From the IMG/VR virus record IMGVR_UViG_3300031555_005587, positions 1-64,000 of that record: 64,000 nucleotides of DNA. One strand, given 5' to 3'. Positions within the stretch are counted from its first letter, which is position 1. Each line of letters begins with the position of its first letter. The stretch comes from an uncultured virus (IMG/VR IMGVR_UViG_3300031555_005587). Lineage: Duplodnaviria; Heunggongvirae; Uroviricota; Caudoviricetes. A program made the position numbers and the translations under genes. Positions 1 through 9,819 of this stretch are shown here, piece after piece. Below the pieces are notes generated by a model. That model ran no database searches. It saw only the letters and a list, made by a program, of their open reading frames with translations, and was not told the DNA's origin.

Positions 1-511
1 TTACATATGTTTTTACAATCATTTCCTGAATGATATCAAGACCAACAGCACCTGTACGAATAATGTATCTCTCATTAGTAAAGAATGATGCAGGTAATTG
101 TGTAATAGTTTCACATCTAGAAATATCAAAACGGTTTTCACAATCGAAATGAATACAGTTTGCGAACTTGTACTGTCTAATAATATTAGCTGCAATCTGA
201 GCAGCTAGGGTAGTTTTGCCACTCCCAGAATTGCCTATAATTAGGTTAAATGTACCAGCAGCTTGTCCTACTCTAGGTTCCTGTTTAATAATTTTTCCTA
301 AATCATCGTGGATGTTAATTACAGACCCAAAATAATAATCAAACAGATGAAAACCAGTCTTTAGGAACGCAGTAGTAACATTTGTTTGAAAAAGGTTTTT
401 CTTATCATTTTCTCTTAGTGCTGAAATTAGAGGATTATATGTTTGACGTTTATCCATCTGATCAGCAATTTTATCGAGAACATCTGTCTCGTTTTTCTTT
501 TTAGTTGCCAT
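1..511 (-). CDS. RecA/UvsX-like recombinase, N-terminal part (runs off the window edge)
   Basis: Hand translation from ATG at 511: MATKKKNETDVLDK...FLKTGFHLFDYYFG...FNLIIGNSGSGKTTLAAQIAAN...CIHFDCENRFD. Walker A GNSGSGKT plus RecA-like TG..lD..lG and fiD.E motifs. Absent from the ORF track. Confidence 0.75.
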   Translation of the reverse strand, partial: MATKKKNETDVLDKIADQMDKRQTYNPLISALRENDKKNLFQTNVTTAFLKTGFHLFDYYFGSVINIHDDLGKIIKQEPRVGQAAGTFNLIIGNSGSGKTTLAAQIAANIIRQYKFANCIHFDCENRFDISRCETITQLPASFFTNERYIIRTGAVGLDIIQEMIVKTYV

Positions 512-558
512 ATAAATAAGCTCCCTTCTTTTTATAAAGTGTTTATCTCATCAGGTTC

Positions 559-571
559 AGAATATATAAGT
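559..571 (-). promoter_or_regulatory. Candidate phage early promoter motif ACTTATATATTCT (about 10 related copies)
   Basis: The identical 13-mer also lies at 6793-6805(-) and 57295-57307(+). ATATATT(A/C)T variants lie at 16400, 19010, 29355, 43021, 46307 and 48865, mostly upstream of apparently non-structural genes. Confidence 0.55.
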
Positions 572-582
572 TAAGAATATTT

Positions 583-613
583 ATATGAGGATGGGAACTT
601 CCCATCCTCATAT
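583..613. terminator. Perfect palindrome, probable intrinsic terminator
   Basis: ATATGAGGATGGGAA-C-TTCCCATCCTCATAT directly after the stop of 616..1464. Confidence 0.7.
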
Positions 614-615
614 TC

Positions 616-1464
616 TTATATACTAACTCTTGGAAGAAAATTTGTAGATGTATAAATCATATTTGGTTTTTCTAACACGATATGCGGAACTTGATTATGT
701 GTAAAACAATTGTTATTTTCCAATGGAGTAACTTTTGTTACAACTACTTGGAAATGTGGATCAAGTTTTAAAACAGTTCTATCAGTATCAATCATCTTTT
801 CAATATAATCAATTTCATAAAAGAAACCAGGATAATATTTAAAATGACTTTCCACTTGTAATTTCCACATATTTATTTTATTAGCACGATAGATATTAGA
901 TTTAATTCCCATTGAAGCTAACAATTTTTGAATCTGTTTAAATTTATCAAATTTTACATCAAATAATGATACTTCATCTGGAGATAGATATGGTGAATAA
1001 GCTGTATCAAAAATTCCTCTAATGAATTGTCTTCTATCTTTATAACTCTGATACATATAATCATCAAAGATAATATCTTGACCTTTATACCAATTTATAC
1101 CAGCATCGTATGGATGTAAATTATTACTTCTTTTAAAATGTCTTGAATCGAAAATAACTGGAAATAAATGTAATGGAAAATCTCCAGTAACTTTACATTC
1201 ACAAGAAGGAAAATGTCTAGGAGATAAAATATCATCTAAATATAAAGCTTCATTAGAAGTTAAGAATTCTACTCTACCATCACTGTATGTTATTTCATAC
1301 ATATTTTCATAATTCATCATCCAGATGTCTTTAATTTCTAATAGTCGACTAGTTCTCCACTCATATACATAGTCACCGATATTTACTTCAGATATCTTTT
1401 TAATACCTTTATTTGTTAGAATTTGTCTGTTATAGATTTCTTTAGAAATATTCATATCACTCAC
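616..1464 (-). CDS. Free-standing degenerate intein-like protein (Hint domain plus LAGLIDADG remnant)
   Basis: Block A-like ILTNKGIKKISEVNIGDYVY, block B-like MYEITYSDGRVEFLTSNE, LAGLIDADG-like RRQFIRGIFDTA, block H-like IQKLLASMGIKS, block F/G-like HIVLEKPNMIYTSTNF. No N-terminal Cys motif, no terminal HN, no exteins. Confidence 0.65.
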   Translation of the reverse strand: MSDMNISKEIYNRQILTNKGIKKISEVNIGDYVYEWRTSRLLEIKDIWMMNYENMYEITYSDGRVEFLTSNEALYLDDILSPRHFPSCECKVTGDFPLHLFPVIFDSRHFKRSNNLHPYDAGINWYKGQDIIFDDYMYQSYKDRRQFIRGIFDTAYSPYLSPDEVSLFDVKFDKFKQIQKLLASMGIKSNIYRANKINMWKLQVESHFKYYPGFFYEIDYIEKMIDTDRTVLKLDPHFQVVVTKVTPLENNNCFTHNQVPHIVLEKPNMIYTSTNFLPRVSI

Positions 1465-1559
1465 CTCTATTTTAATTCATAATATTAACCATCAGTTTTT
1501 AAACAGGCTTATTAATGGTTAGATATTCGTAATCTACTACTCGAAAGGAGATAATTAAC

Positions 1560-2681
1560 ATGGCTAAAGTTACAAACACAACCTCAGAAGACGTAAGAGC
1601 TTCGATAGGTTCTATTTATGCTGATCTTCTAAGTAAACGACGTATTGAAAAAGAAGCGAAAGCTGAACAGAAACGAATGGAAGAAGAATTACGCAAGGCT
1701 GAAAAAGAAGAAAAGAGTACCAAAGAAGATGGTACTAAAATGACTAAGAAAGAAAAAAGAGAAAAGGAACTAGATAATTGGAAGACTATTGTAGTTGGTC
1801 TTACTGGTGACGATCTCGAATATTCTGGTAAGAAGAATAAGAAAAAAAAGTATCGTAAATGGATTGATGAAGAAGATACTGGAACTGTTATCGATCGTAA
1901 ACCTAAAAAACATAAAAAGAGAAACTATAATAAAGAATTTGAACCTGAGTTAAATATGTTGAAAACATTGGTCGCAGAACAAAATCGATTCACTGCTGAT
2001 TTACAGAGAAGATTCCAACATGCAGCTGGACCTGCTACTAAAGATGCAGCTCCTCCTAATAAAACAATGGTTGAATTAGCTTCTGCTATCACTAGTGGTA
2101 GAACTAATTCTCTTGGTATGCTTCGAGAGATCGGTAGTTTGAAGAAAACTATTGCTGATCTTTATATGAAACAGAAGAAGTTAGATGCTGATTTGGCTGG
2201 TGGATCTACATTTACTGATACTGGAGATTTAGCTCTAATGGGATCTAATATTGCTGCAAGTATGTTTGGAAATAGTAGCGTCGGCTTTACACCATCAATC
2301 CAAAGTTCTGATGTATATGGATCTCAATCTCAGATGATGGCACCTATTATGCAAAATAACGGACAGTCTGTACAATCAGTTCAGCAAGTTCCTGTGAATG
2401 ATGTACCTGTTTATCAAGCAACTGCATTTGATCCAGAAACTTGGGAAGGACCTCAGTTATCTAACACATTTACAGAATATGAAAATGTCCCTCATACAAT
2501 CGTTGTAAAACGTAGTAAGGATACCGGTGATATGCGTTTTGCAGCTATCCGTAATGATAATGGTGAAGAAATTACAGGATGTAATATCCCTACCAGTGAT
2601 CCTAATAAATTAAATATCAATGAAAAAGATATGACTGTAAAAGGTCAATTTGATGAGGTATACAGAATAGTTGAAGTATAA
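1560..2681 (+). CDS. Hypothetical protein (Lys/Glu-rich N-terminus, coiled coil)
   Basis: 373-aa ORF with RBS AAAGGAG; no recognisable family. Confidence 0.8.
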   Translation: MAKVTNTTSEDVRASIGSIYADLLSKRRIEKEAKAEQKRMEEELRKAEKEEKSTKEDGTKMTKKEKREKELDNWKTIVVGLTGDDLEYSGKKNKKKKYRKWIDEEDTGTVIDRKPKKHKKRNYNKEFEPELNMLKTLVAEQNRFTADLQRRFQHAAGPATKDAAPPNKTMVELASAITSGRTNSLGMLREIGSLKKTIADLYMKQKKLDADLAGGSTFTDTGDLALMGSNIAASMFGNSSVGFTPSIQSSDVYGSQSQMMAPIMQNNGQSVQSVQQVPVNDVPVYQATAFDPETWEGPQLSNTFTEYENVPHTIVVKRSKDTGDMRFAAIRNDNGEEITGCNIPTSDPNKLNINEKDMTVKGQFDEVYRIVEV

Positions 2682-2699
2682 CCAAGGAGGTGATTCACT

Positions 2700-5600
2700 G
2701 TGAGTAAATCAACTAAACAAAATGGACCACTTCAAAACTTATTTGTAGATATAAAAAAGATTCTTGATTTTACTGAATTTAAAGATCTAGCAGCTGCAAA
2801 GGCTGCTGAAACTGAACTTAGTAAAGGTATGGCAGAAGTTTGGATGAATGCTATTGTTAAAAATGATAATTATATCACCTACAAAAAATGGTGGACAAAG
2901 GCAATGTTTCAAGAAATATCAAATAACATTAAGACTCTTGAATATAATTATTTCATAAATAATCCATTCAATGTTCCATTAAAATATAGAGAGAATCTTC
3001 TAATTAAAGGCAGAGAAGCTTTCTTGAATCAATATGTAGAACAGAACGATTATTATAGAAAGCTTAGTGGTTTACCACCTTTTGAAACTCCTGAATCTGA
3101 TTATATTTACATGAGTGAAGAATTGCGAGAAAAACTTCATGTAGAAAATATTCCAGTTCATGAAATGAATGTTTATATTCAAAATAATTACATGAATACA
3201 GAAGAGTATCAGAATGTTTTAAAAAATAATCCAGAAAAAGAATACTTGAAGTATCTTGGCAGATATAAAATTGATATTTATACAGCAAGAAAAGCTAAAG
3301 ATTTTGATATTATAAGATATCCTTCAAATAGAGCAGATATCAATCCAAACGTATTATCAGCATTTGCATCATTGTATACAGATTATCGTGAGTATGTAAT
3401 GGTAGTATTATATAATTCCAAATTGGAAGAAACTCATGTAAACTATCGTACCTTTATGGGTGTTTTAATTATTTCATTTGCTTTATTACAAATTGGAAAC
3501 AAAGCTTTGGAATCTGTAAATAATCATAAATATCTTGATGATGCTGTTTTACACACAATTCTCTCAATGTATGGAATTCCAGAATCTTTATTGCTAACAC
3601 AAGATGTTAGACGAGATCTTGCAGCTAATATCTTAAAACTCGTACGGAATAAAGGTACTGAAGATGTTTATTATGATCTAATGAGAATTCTTGGATATCA
3701 GGATGTGACAATTAGTAAGTTGATGCTTATGAAAGGACAAGAATTCGATTCTGAAAATAATAATGCTGCTTTATCAAGTGTAAATCCGTACTTTTTACAG
3801 CTTGATTTGAAAGATGATAATCCATATGAAACCATTGCTTCTGGTAAGGCACATATATTTGATTATCATTCAATTATCGATAAAGATCCTACATGGTGGG
3901 ATTTACCAGATGTTCAGAAAATTCTTAAAGAAAGTGCATACACATTAACTGATTCTAAATATATAATGATTGAATCTGTAGTGCATCAGATGAAATATGT
4001 TTTTGAGTCAATTTATTTTACGAGAATGATTCTGGATAATAAAACATTGACAGATGAATTCAATATTGAAGTTCCTGAATTATTTGGTAAAGAAATGATT
4101 TCAGTTTATGATCTGATTTTATTCGTGATATGTGCAACATGTATGACGAATGGATTATCAGGATTAATTAATACAGAAACTGATAAATTGTTAGCTACAG
4201 CTGGTTTTAACTTTGATTTAGATATAGATTCATTTATTGAATTTCTAAATACTACTCGATATGTTGATAAAAATAGAATTATGAAATTTCTTGATAATTT
4301 ATCAATGAATAATATCGATGATATTAATAGAATCTTTAATGATGTAATGTATCCAATGAGAGAATGGCTACAAGAGAAAATATCTTCATCTACTATACGA
4401 GAAGAATATGTGGAATATGAAAGTATCTACAGAGCTTTATATACATATGATTTTTCTCGAAATAAATTTCTTGATGATTTTGAAATGCCAATTGAAACTA
4501 TCAAAAAGAAATATAATTTAAGTGATGAAGATTTATTAGCTTTTAAACATTTCTATCCTAGATCAATTGATGGAAAAGCTGTAAGTGTTACTGAATATAA
4601 TGCATCTGTAAATAATAGCAGGTATCATTATCCATTTTTATCATTGACGGAAAATATCGATTGGTATATTCATATAACACTTGATACTCCTGACGGTAAA
4701 GTTGATGATAGAGGATATTTATATTTTCATGATATCCTGAATTCTGATAATCTCTTAACTTTAACTAATCCGGACGGCACTAGGGTCTTTATGGATTATG
4801 AAGATGCTGAAATTGGTTGGGAAGTGAATAAACAAGCTGTTGATAAAGCTATTTCATTGATAAGTCAATTAGATGATAAAGCTTTAAAAAACGGATATTT
4901 CCAAGTATATACACCTATATTGAATAGTCATGGTAAATATTATTCTGATAAAGAAAAATTACCAGCTACTATTAGAAATAGCGGTATCTATAAAGATATA
5001 TTAATTGATAAAATTATTATGGATACAAATGGTCTAGCTACTCAACCAAAAACATATTTTGAGGCTCTTTATAGAAAAAATGAAAATCTTTATAATCTTC
5101 TAATGAAAGATGATAGATTCAATAGAAATAAAGATGCTTGGATGAATGATATCATGACTATTGTTATGGCTATCGAAACTGGATTGAATGTACATTTGAA
5201 GTATTTTGAACAGTCGGTATTAGGCGAAGAACTTTTCTTCAAACCATTGATTACATTAATTAAACATTTTAAATCAAAATTAGTTCAAATTGCTAAGACT
5301 GGTCTAAAATATGTTTTTGATGATAAGATAGATGTCGGTGGTAATTCAAATATGTTCAAGATGTTTGATAATGTTCAATTCTTGGTACATTTCTCTACAA
5401 TTGATCAGAAAGGTTATGATTCTCAGTTCGGATTTTATGATACAGAACGAAGAATAACTCATCATATCATAATGAAAGATAGATCGGAAATTCTACGAAT
5501 GGTTTCAGGAGAAGGATTCTTAGCTGAAACAAGAGAATCAAGAATGGGCTCAATGCGATTAGTAGATGAAGTGAAATTATCTAAGAATGGAACTCCGTTA

Positions 5601-5771
5601 GATCCTAATGGTCATTCCTCTGTATGGTTTAGTGGAGAACCTGGTACTGGACGTTGGAGTGAAGAAGATGATATTCTTATGAGAAATAGAAAATCATTTG
5701 AACGAATTCAAACAAAAACTGCTGATCTCGAAGGATGGAAAGACTTTGTAGAATCATATGTTCCAAATTAA
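2700..5771 (+). CDS. Large putative virion structural protein (possibly baseplate wedge-like)
   Basis: 1023-aa ORF, GTG start after AGGAGGT. The segment RNKGTEDVYYDLMRILGY resembles the KGT motif of baseplate wedge proteins. Function is tentative. Confidence 0.45.
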   Translation: MSKSTKQNGPLQNLFVDIKKILDFTEFKDLAAAKAAETELSKGMAEVWMNAIVKNDNYITYKKWWTKAMFQEISNNIKTLEYNYFINNPFNVPLKYRENLLIKGREAFLNQYVEQNDYYRKLSGLPPFETPESDYIYMSEELREKLHVENIPVHEMNVYIQNNYMNTEEYQNVLKNNPEKEYLKYLGRYKIDIYTARKAKDFDIIRYPSNRADINPNVLSAFASLYTDYREYVMVVLYNSKLEETHVNYRTFMGVLIISFALLQIGNKALESVNNHKYLDDAVLHTILSMYGIPESLLLTQDVRRDLAANILKLVRNKGTEDVYYDLMRILGYQDVTISKLMLMKGQEFDSENNNAALSSVNPYFLQLDLKDDNPYETIASGKAHIFDYHSIIDKDPTWWDLPDVQKILKESAYTLTDSKYIMIESVVHQMKYVFESIYFTRMILDNKTLTDEFNIEVPELFGKEMISVYDLILFVICATCMTNGLSGLINTETDKLLATAGFNFDLDIDSFIEFLNTTRYVDKNRIMKFLDNLSMNNIDDINRIFNDVMYPMREWLQEKISSSTIREEYVEYESIYRALYTYDFSRNKFLDDFEMPIETIKKKYNLSDEDLLAFKHFYPRSIDGKAVSVTEYNASVNNSRYHYPFLSLTENIDWYIHITLDTPDGKVDDRGYLYFHDILNSDNLLTLTNPDGTRVFMDYEDAEIGWEVNKQAVDKAISLISQLDDKALKNGYFQVYTPILNSHGKYYSDKEKLPATIRNSGIYKDILIDKIIMDTNGLATQPKTYFEALYRKNENLYNLLMKDDRFNRNKDAWMNDIMTIVMAIETGLNVHLKYFEQSVLGEELFFKPLITLIKHFKSKLVQIAKTGLKYVFDDKIDVGGNSNMFKMFDNVQFLVHFSTIDQKGYDSQFGFYDTERRITHHIIMKDRSEILRMVSGEGFLAETRESRMGSMRLVDEVKLSKNGTPLDPNGHSSVWFSGEPGTGRWSEEDDILMRNRKSFERIQTKTADLEGWKDFVESYVPN

Positions 5772-5777
5772 TAAAAA

Positions 5778-5823
5778 AATAAAAGATAAGGAGTGGTGTT
5801 AACACCACTCCTTATCTTTTATT
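5778..5823. terminator. 46-bp perfect palindrome between convergent genes (bidirectional terminator)
   Basis: AATAAAAGATAAGGAGTGGTGTT|AACACCACTCCTTATCTTTTATT. Confidence 0.75.
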
Positions 5824-6390
5824 ATAAACCAATGAGTGGATTTTATCACTTATAGTACCCCATATAACATATTGGAAATATTCAATACATCTTATTCTTC
5901 TACATTCATATGGAATTTTAATATTATCATTGATGAATTGTGTTATTTTATTACTATAACATGGATTCTTTTTATCTGGATAATACCATTTTGGTTTCTT
6001 CGTACTGATATAAAAATTTGGAATATCTTTGTAAAAATGTTGGAATTGACTAGATGTAGGATCTATATGAAAGTGATATCCGAGCATACTTAATTCAACC
6101 CATGTATGTTCATAGAACCATTTATTTGATTTTAATACAGGAGTGTGTTTTTGTTCACCATGTACAATTTTTATTTTTATTTTGAAACACTGATATTGCC
6201 AGTGTTCGTCTAATTGTTGATAAAATTCGTATTCAAATAATTTTGAAGCTCTATCACATAATCCAGTTAGTTTTAAATTATCAGGATTTTCAGCTAGTAA
6301 TTTATTTCGTACCCTTATTACAGCAGGTAAAATTAAATCATTTATTATTTTCTCTTTATTAGTTTTATGATTTAAATAATCATTATCCAT
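5812..6390 (-). CDS. Transglutaminase/papain-like Cys-His-Asp protein
   Basis: Motif order GLC...EHTWVEL...HIDPTSSQF matches a transglutaminase-like catalytic triad. Confidence 0.5.
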   Translation of the reverse strand: MDNDYLNHKTNKEKIINDLILPAVIRVRNKLLAENPDNLKLTGLCDRASKLFEYEFYQQLDEHWQYQCFKIKIKIVHGEQKHTPVLKSNKWFYEHTWVELSMLGYHFHIDPTSSQFQHFYKDIPNFYISTKKPKWYYPDKKNPCYSNKITQFINDNIKIPYECRRIRCIEYFQYVIWGTISDKIHSLVYNKR

Positions 6391-6585
6391 AATTCTTCTC
6401 TCCTCATATAAAAGAAAGGATTGGGGTTTATATAAACCCCAATCCGTGTTAATGGTTACTCAGTGAAATATTCAAGTTCTGTCTGTTTATTATTTTTTGT
6501 TTCAGTGATTGAATTATCTTTGATCTTTTTCTTTTCTTCCTCTTCTTTCATTTCCATAGAAAGTCGATATTTTAGATCATTATCA

Positions 6586-6777
6586 CTATTTGCTCTTACT
6601 GTCGTCTTTTCCATTTGTTAAAAACTCCTTTCCGCTCATTTTGACATTCTTATCAATTTTTACTAAATGTGAATATCTACCACATTTAATTCTACCTGTT
6701 TTAATCTGAGATATAATTGAATCTAATGAAGTATCTTTATACTCCTCATATCTGTCTTGACAACGCATAAACTTCAA
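6586..6777 (-). CDS. Small hypothetical protein
   Basis: 63 aa, TTG start with RBS AGGAGGT, downstream of the early-type motif at 6793-6805. Confidence 0.6.
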   Translation of the reverse strand: MKFMRCQDRYEEYKDTSLDSIISQIKTGRIKCGRYSHLVKIDKNVKMSGKEFLTNGKDDSKSK

Positions 6778-6843
6778 CCTCCTTCTAACTATAGAATATA
6801 TAAGTGAACTCGAAAATTAAATATTCAAATATTTTAAGAAAGG

Positions 6844-7902
6844 ATGTATAAAATGGATACAAATAATATTTTATCTCTCAATTTATGTGATAATATTATT
6901 GATGAGATATTCGGTAAAAAAGAATTTCTAGAATTCTCTTATGCACTGAATTTTTTAGATGAATACGGATCTCCAAAAACTTTTTTAGAAAAAGTTGAAG
7001 ATGAAGAGTTTGGAATGCGTAAAAAGATGTCTAGAATTGCGAAGAATACTAAAGATACAGCTAGAGAAACTATAAAAGTATATGGACAATTAACTGACGC
7101 CGGCGGTGGGTTAGTTAAAACTGGCTGGGATTTAATGATGAAATGTATTACCCTTGGTACAAAAACTATTTGGTTTATCATTAAAACAATTACAAAAATA
7201 CCTAAAGCTCTCCTGGATATCATTAATAAGATTGAACAAATTCCAAGCGATATTGTTAATAAAATCAAGGGTAATATTAAATTATACATTACCGTTGATG
7301 ATCTTGAAATGTTGTATAATAATTCTCTACTTAGACGCTTAGATGATTATATCGAAGTAATCACTGCATTAACTAAAGGAGAAATGTGGGGAACATTTTT
7401 CAATAAAATACAGCGTAGAAACGATACCGGTAAACCTTTTTCATTTAGAATCAATCAGAATGACATGAAATTATGTCGTAAGGCTGAAGCATTATATAAC
7501 ACAATAGAAAATATTAAATTTAGTCAAAGTGTAATTGAAATGAATAATCAAGAAGTTATTCAAACTTACTTTGGAAACGACAAACGAGTTATTTCATTTA
7601 CAGATCTAAAAGGTAAACAACATCAAGGGACTTATTATGAAACATTAATTCAGTTAATGAAAGATATCGAAAGTCGTAAAAGTTCATTAGAACTTATACA
7701 AACTGATTTTGGTAAAAAATATGATGATAATCAACTTGCCCAGGAATTTGCTAAGTTAGGAGTAATGGCTCAGAATAGAGTTGTAACTACTATGCAGCAG
7801 ATATCCAAAGTTTTATCTATTATAGGGAACATAATAAAATATGTTACTACTGATATCAATACTATGGATACCACTATTAAGAAACTTTTGAAATCTAAAT
7901 AA
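6844..7902 (+). CDS. Hypothetical protein, possible internal head protein
   Basis: 352-aa helical ORF with FLE motifs near the N-terminus, reminiscent of prohead-protease sites. Followed by a palindrome at 7907-7943. Confidence 0.5.
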   Translation: MYKMDTNNILSLNLCDNIIDEIFGKKEFLEFSYALNFLDEYGSPKTFLEKVEDEEFGMRKKMSRIAKNTKDTARETIKVYGQLTDAGGGLVKTGWDLMMKCITLGTKTIWFIIKTITKIPKALLDIINKIEQIPSDIVNKIKGNIKLYITVDDLEMLYNNSLLRRLDDYIEVITALTKGEMWGTFFNKIQRRNDTGKPFSFRINQNDMKLCRKAEALYNTIENIKFSQSVIEMNNQEVIQTYFGNDKRVISFTDLKGKQHQGTYYETLIQLMKDIESRKSSLELIQTDFGKKYDDNQLAQEFAKLGVMAQNRVVTTMQQISKVLSIIGNIIKYVTTDINTMDTTIKKLLKSK

Positions 7903-7946
7903 AAAAATAATACAAGGGAAGCATAATGCTTCCCTTGTATTATATA

Positions 7947-8648
7947 TTAAATATTTGGAATCTGCCAATCTATTGTATGAGGTTGTGTTTCATATAAATA
8001 TTCATTCGCTTTGATAAAGTGATTACAACCAAAGAATGCTCCTCCTGCAAGTGGACTTGGATGAGCAGCTTCTAATATTAGGTGAGTATTTGGTTGAATT
8101 AAAGAAGCTTTTCTTCTTGCATAATTGCCCCATAACATAAATATTAGACTCTGATCTTTTTGTCCTAATGAATAGATAATGTAATCTGTTAATCGTTCCC
8201 AACCAATATTGTCATGTGAACGACTCTTACCTCTTTCAACTGACAATACTGAATTTAATAGAAGCACACCTTGTTCAGCCCATGGTATTAAACAACCATT
8301 ATTTGGAATATAACAACCAAGTTCATTATGAAGTTCTTTAAATATGTTCATTAATGATGGAGGTATCGGAACTCCTGGTTTTACTGAAAATGATAAACCG
8401 TGTGCTTGACCTGGATTGATATATGGATCCTGTCCAAGTATAACGACTTTTGTATTCTCATAAGATGTTAATTTTAAAGCATTAAACATATCTTCTTTTG
8501 GAGGATATACTTCAATTCCTTTATCTCGTTCATTATCAACCCATCTTAAAAGATCTTGAATTTGTTTATCTTTGAATGCAGATTCTAATACTTGATCCCA
8601 ATCATTACCTATTAATGGAACCATTTTGATTTTACCTCCATTCTTCAA
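7947..8648 (-). CDS. ung: Uracil-DNA glycosylase (family 1)
   Basis: KVVILGQDPY, QAHGLSFSV, PPSL, GVLLLNSVL, FMLWG, AHPSPL, FFGCNHF. The true start may be at MVPLIG, slightly downstream. Confidence 0.95.
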   Translation of the reverse strand: MKNGGKIKMVPLIGNDWDQVLESAFKDKQIQDLLRWVDNERDKGIEVYPPKEDMFNALKLTSYENTKVVILGQDPYINPGQAHGLSFSVKPGVPIPPSLMNIFKELHNELGCYIPNNGCLIPWAEQGVLLLNSVLSVERGKSRSHDNIGWERLTDYIIYSLGQKDQSLIFMLWGNYARRKASLIQPNTHLILEAAHPSPLAGGAFFGCNHFIKANEYLYETQPHTIDWQIPNI

Positions 8649-9006
8649 AAGCTTCTTTAGACTTGAAATCTACAGTCATTAGAACTTCTTGATTATTCAT
8701 TCTACGATATAACTCTGCTACAAAATCATCATTGGAAGCTACTCTAATTACATTTTCTTTGAATGTTTCTGGTTTATCTTTTAACCAATTTAATATACAA
8801 ACCATTTTACCAATATTATCTAAATCTTTAACTTGTGTATCTCTATAATCTACATCTTTTCCTGTATAATGTTCAAGAAGTACCTGAATCTGTTTATCAT
8901 CACTATTATAAATGATATAATGTAAATAGGAAGCAATCTTTTCTAAACCATCATCTGTTACTTTGTTTATGATTTTATTAGCTTGCTCTAAAGTCATTTC
9001 TTCCAT
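8632..9006 (-). CDS. Hypothetical protein
   Basis: 124-aa ORF in a tightly packed minus-strand operon, with RBS. Confidence 0.7.
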   Translation of the reverse strand: MEEMTLEQANKIINKVTDDGLEKIASYLHYIIYNSDDKQIQVLLEHYTGKDVDYRDTQVKDLDNIGKMVCILNWLKDKPETFKENVIRVASNDDFVAELYRRMNNQEVLMTVDFKSKEAFEEWR

Positions 9007-9008
9007 AT

Positions 9009-9452
9009 TTATTCTCCTTTCTTTTTAATGTCTTTTGGGTTATATCCTATAAAGTCTATAAATTTACCTGTAAATATATCTAAGTTTTCGAGAACATTTT
9101 CTTCATAACATCCAATGTTTCCTCTACCAACAATGGCTGTAGAATCATATAGTTTAACTTCTTCAATTTCCCACAGATTATTATCTTGAGATGGTTTAAC
9201 TTTGATATGACCTCTTGTTGCACCTGGTACACGTAAAGCAATATAGAATTCACCTTTCACATGTATATCATCAGGATGCATCATATATGTTTTCATTATG
9301 GCTTTAGTATGTTCATCAATTCCTTCAATTTCTGGTTTGAATAAATCAAGATATTCAGTGATATAACAATGAAATTGATTAGATGTATGGCTATTGAGTC
9401 TTCCATAGGTTCTGAAAATTTGTACATCATTTATATTTTCCATTATCATCAC
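9009..9452 (-). CDS. Hypothetical protein
   Basis: 147-aa ORF in the same operon. Confidence 0.7.
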   Translation of the reverse strand: MMIMENINDVQIFRTYGRLNSHTSNQFHCYITEYLDLFKPEIEGIDEHTKAIMKTYMMHPDDIHVKGEFYIALRVPGATRGHIKVKPSQDNNLWEIEEVKLYDSTAIVGRGNIGCYEENVLENLDIFTGKFIDFIGYNPKDIKKKGE

Positions 9453-9456
9453 CTCT

Positions 9457-9819
9457 TTAATTTACTTCATTCCATATACTTCTTGCTGCAATTTCGGTTC
9501 TAGGTGATGTATTAAATTTATACATCATTTTATGACATATATCGCATTCATAATACATAGTTCTATCTAGATTCATCTTTATTGTTGGAAGAACTCCACA
9601 CTTACTGCATGGATGAAGTTCTATATCAAATATCGTTCTACTATCAAGTTCATCTGATTCTTTGTTAAACCATAATAAGATATCGTCAGGATTTGAAGAA
9701 TCTAGAAGACGTCCATCTGCATAAATTGCATTATGAGATAAATTCATATGTATCATGACTAAATCTTCGGGATTGCTACAGTTGGTAATTCTTTCAAAAT
9801 TAGTCATTCTTTTCCTCAC
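9457..9819 (-). CDS. Zn-ribbon protein with Lar (restriction alleviation)-like C-terminus
   Basis: LHPCSKCG...CDIC...EIAARSIWN follows the Lar-family pattern LkPCPfCG...CxxC...A...WN. Confidence 0.5.
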   Translation of the reverse strand: MRKRMTNFERITNCSNPEDLVMIHMNLSHNAIYADGRLLDSSNPDDILLWFNKESDELDSRTIFDIELHPCSKCGVLPTIKMNLDRTMYYECDICHKMMYKFNTSPRTEIAARSIWNEVN

